Assembly: GCA_918797485.1 (NCBI GenBank)
Contig: CAKKNE010000006.1
Location: 2,170,001 to 2,234,000, forward strand
Reading direction: 5' to 3'
From: Pelagomonas calceolata
Lineage: Eukaryota
DNA: 64,000 nt
A program made the position numbers and the translations under genes. Of this stretch, positions 61,346 through 64,000 are shown one piece after another; the stretch's first letter is position 1, and each line of letters starts with the position of its first letter. The notes below the pieces were generated by a model. That model saw only the letters and a program-made list of their open reading frames with translations. It was not told the DNA's origin and made no database searches.

Positions 61346-61552
61346 CTTTGGGTGTGCCTGGCGCCTCGGCGGCGTGAATCCACTGGAAGACTACTTTGTC
61401 TAAAGCTCCCTTAGCCTTCGTGCAGCGGTCGTCCGCGCTCGAGGACAGCCTCCGCAGCTATGAATGTCCCGCTGCGCAGTCCCAGCCAGCGTCGAGTTGA
61501 TAGCTATATATGACCTCTGCAGCGCGTGCCGGCCGAAGGAAAACGTGATTAT

Positions 61553-61574
61553 CTAGCGGCATGTAAGACACTAG
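61553..61574. promoter_or_regulatory. CTAG-N14-CTAG intergenic motif
   Basis: CTAGCGGCATGTAAGACACTAG upstream of the Cu-ATPase. Confidence 0.6.
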
Positions 61575-61598
61575 CAACAAACTAATTGAACCACAGAG

Positions 61599-63269
61599 TT
61601 AAGGGAACAGCTCCCCGCACCGCGCCGCGAATTTCGACGCCCTCACCGCCGCGTCTCCAAAAAAAGCGACGCCGGCGCACGCGCCCGCGACGGCGCGGAA
61701 GCGTTGCTGCGCCTCGGCGCACCGCCGCACGCGGTCCTCCCGCGACAGGTCCACACCCAGCGCCGGCGCCGTCGCCGCGGCGGCGATCGCCGGGCCGTGC
61801 GAATCCAAAGCGCATGAACAAGCGTCGACGACCAGCACGCAGACCTCGCCCGCCCGGTCGGATTCCGCGGCGCAGCACGCCTTGAGCCACCGCTCGGCGC
61901 ACTCGGCCAATGTGGACGCGGCGTCGAGCGTCAGATCAGTCGCGTCGACGCGCTCGAGGAAGTCGCCGACGGCTTCCCAGGAGAAATTCCGTCCACTCAA
62001 CGCGCGGAAGGCCTCTTCACCATTACCCGCGCCCCACTGTTTCGACGCATGCTCCAGTTGTTCAAGGCGCGCCTCGAGCTCGTGCTTCGCCTTGCGGCCC
62101 ATCAGTATCTCCGTGATGGCGTCGTCGACGCTCGCACCGTCAGCTTTCGGCTGCGACGCTCGTCTTTTCACATCTTCAAGGTCGCTCGTCGACAGGCGCC
62201 GTCGATCTGTCTTGGTGTTGCGCGGCGCGAGGCCCCTTCTCTGTGAAGGCGCGAAGACTACAGAAGGAGAGGCCTTCGCGTCGATCTTTGACGCAGGCGG
62301 TTCCTCCACGGGAGACGCCTCCTTGGCCTCGGCCTCATCACTCACGTCGTCCTCGAAGTCGTCCTCGTACGCGAGTGACGCATTGTATACCCGGACGACG
62401 CCGTCCCTGCGGCACGCTACTGTACAGTCGTCGCCGCATTTGAGAGCACAGACACCCGCCAAACCGCCCTCGATTTCTCGACTGATGGGTTTCACATTGG
62501 CCACGTTCCACTGTCTCATCCCATTCTCGGCCGCCACGACGAGCGACCGCCCCGACGACGAGAACGCACATTCTCGCACCGCGTGCGCTTCGAGAGATGC
62601 AGGATGCGTCGCTCCTAATTCTTTCCACTGCTCCAAGTCATACAATCTAGCGGTTCTGTCCGAGCAAGAAGCAGCCAGCACCAGTTCCGTAGGTGAAAAC
62701 ACAAGAGTCTTCGCAAACACCGCTTGGGCTCGTCTCGAAGCCCCGAAGCCCTTGAGCAATTTCCCGGCAGTTAAATCCCACACTCTAATTTGACCATCAC
62801 CTCGAGAGGCCGACGCGAGCCATCTGCCGTCCGGAGAGAAACACACGGCATCGACCTCGCCGCCGTGGCCCTTGTAGGTCTGCAGGCAAGCTTTTTTCCG
62901 GGCGTCCCAGACTTTCACCGTCGAATCGGCCCCGCCAGTCGCCACGAATTCTCCGTACGGGTGAAAACGACAGCAATTCACTTGGTTCCGGTGGCCCGTC
63001 AACCCTCGCGAGGCCTTGCCTTCTCGTAAATCGTAGACTCGAGCCGAACCACCTTCGCAGCCGCTCAACACGTGGGTCTCGTCATGATCTAGGTCGAGGC
63101 AGGTGATCGACGACGTGCTGGCCGCGAAGGACTGGAGGTGCTCCGCGTCTTTTAGTCTCCAAACACAACAGCGCCGTTCCTGGCCGCCCGTCGCGATGAT
63201 GGACGAGCCGAGCGCGATGCAGTTGATGGGTGCCGGCGAGGCGACCCACTCTTGTTGGAGGGCGGCCAT
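61599..63269 (-). CDS. KATNB1: Katanin p80 WD40 subunit
   Basis: LTGHR..FHPYGEFVATG..VKVWDARKKACLQTYKGH..FSPDGRW..WDLTAGKLL; C-terminal helical domain. Confidence 0.9.
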   Translation of the reverse strand: MAALQQEWVASPAPINCIALGSSIIATGGQERRCCVWRLKDAEHLQSFAASTSSITCLDLDHDETHVLSGCEGGSARVYDLREGKASRGLTGHRNQVNCCRFHPYGEFVATGGADSTVKVWDARKKACLQTYKGHGGEVDAVCFSPDGRWLASASRGDGQIRVWDLTAGKLLKGFGASRRAQAVFAKTLVFSPTELVLAASCSDRTARLYDLEQWKELGATHPASLEAHAVRECAFSSSGRSLVVAAENGMRQWNVANVKPISREIEGGLAGVCALKCGDDCTVACRRDGVVRVYNASLAYEDDFEDDVSDEAEAKEASPVEEPPASKIDAKASPSVVFAPSQRRGLAPRNTKTDRRRLSTSDLEDVKRRASQPKADGASVDDAITEILMGRKAKHELEARLEQLEHASKQWGAGNGEEAFRALSGRNFSWEAVGDFLERVDATDLTLDAASTLAECAERWLKACCAAESDRAGEVCVLVVDACSCALDSHGPAIAAAATAPALGVDLSREDRVRRCAEAQQRFRAVAGACAGVAFFGDAAVRASKFAARCGELFP

Positions 63270-63713
63270 CTTTTGTTGTGGGGCTGCTTTGCTGCTCACG
63301 TTTCGTCGCGGGATCGACGCGTCGCGGGGCAGCCCCCCCAGGAATGGAGGCGTCGCCGCGCTGCACGATTTGAACAGCAGGTCGCGTGGGCCGGCGTTCG
63401 CAGGAATGCGAGGCGTGCGCGGCGCGGCGTGGGCTGCTGCTGGATTTGAATAGCCAGTGGGGTGCGGCTGCAAAACTGAAAAATGCTAGTGTGTCTATGA
63501 ACTAGCTCCAGCCTCCCCAATAGGCGTCCGCACGATCACATACGCGCAAACCTAGACATACTGTCCTTCGATCGACGTACCAGCCTCCGCGAAAGCCCTG
63601 CTTGTATACGTAGGCCGGGTTGCAGCTTTGGCCCAACCAGTACTCCAGAGCCAAAAGAGTCCCAGTCCATCCGCGGCGGGGATAAACGCTAGACATCGTA
63701 AAAAGACAGCAAA

Positions 63714-64000
63714 ATGGCCGCCCTGGCCGGCGCCTGGGCGCGCGAGGTCGCCGCCGACGCCTGGCCCGGCCCCGTCAACGAAGGCGCACCGAGAGCTACA
63801 CGATTGTTTGTGGCCGGCGGCGCTACCCACGCGGGCAAGTCGACCGTTTGTTTAGGCATCCTCCAAGCAGCTCTGGAAAAGTACGGCGCTTCCAATATAG
63901 CCTACGTCAAGGCCGCCACCCAAGATGAAAGAGAAGACACGGTGTCGCGGTGGTGCTCTACAAATAAAGTCGAGTATCGTTCGGGAAAGCATTGTCCTAT
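63714..64000 (+). CDS. BioD/phosphotransacetylase-N-like P-loop protein, 3' end outside window
   Basis: My translation: RLFVAGGATHAGKSTVCLGIL..IAYVKAATQ; frame open to the window end. Confidence 0.7.
   Translation, partial: MAALAGAWAREVAADAWPGPVNEGAPRATRLFVAGGATHAGKSTVCLGILQAALEKYGASNIAYVKAATQDEREDTVSRWCSTNKVEYRSGKHCP

Noticed and set aside
63502..63696. 64-aa minus-strand ORF
   Set aside because: Lies in a divergent promoter, with no motif or coding bias.

Overview
Gene-dense, very GC-rich eukaryotic DNA with about 37 mostly single-exon genes. It is most consistent with a pelagophyte alga (Pelagomonas/Aureococcus-like). This is inferred from bipartite plastid-targeting N-termini, repeated MYND-RINGv-TPR genes and introner-type introns. 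Genes include a kexin-like protease (5' truncated), a CNBD ion channel, a four-gene glycan-modifying cluster, TMEM184, THADA-like, TBP, COX5B, PsbP-like, kinesin, TyrRS, HIT, RPL11, a Cu-ATPase and katanin p80. Four signals are not visible in the ORF track. (1) Seven proposed coding-region introns share an introner/MITE-like design (8-nt duplication carrying the GT/GC donor, inverted end carrying the AG), ranging from one perfect copy (18077-18174, 15-bp TIR, exact 8-bp TSD) to decayed copies. (2) A bipartite CTAG-N12-14-CTAG motif with a TGTAAGACA-like core occurs 14 times, always intergenic and upstream of starts. (3) Three short ORFs at 41254-42545 splice into one orphan protein with an HNH-like motif, next to a second orphan. 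(4) Two ORFs overlap as TAATG at 56330-56334. All calls are by eye from sequence and motif recall; no searches were run.
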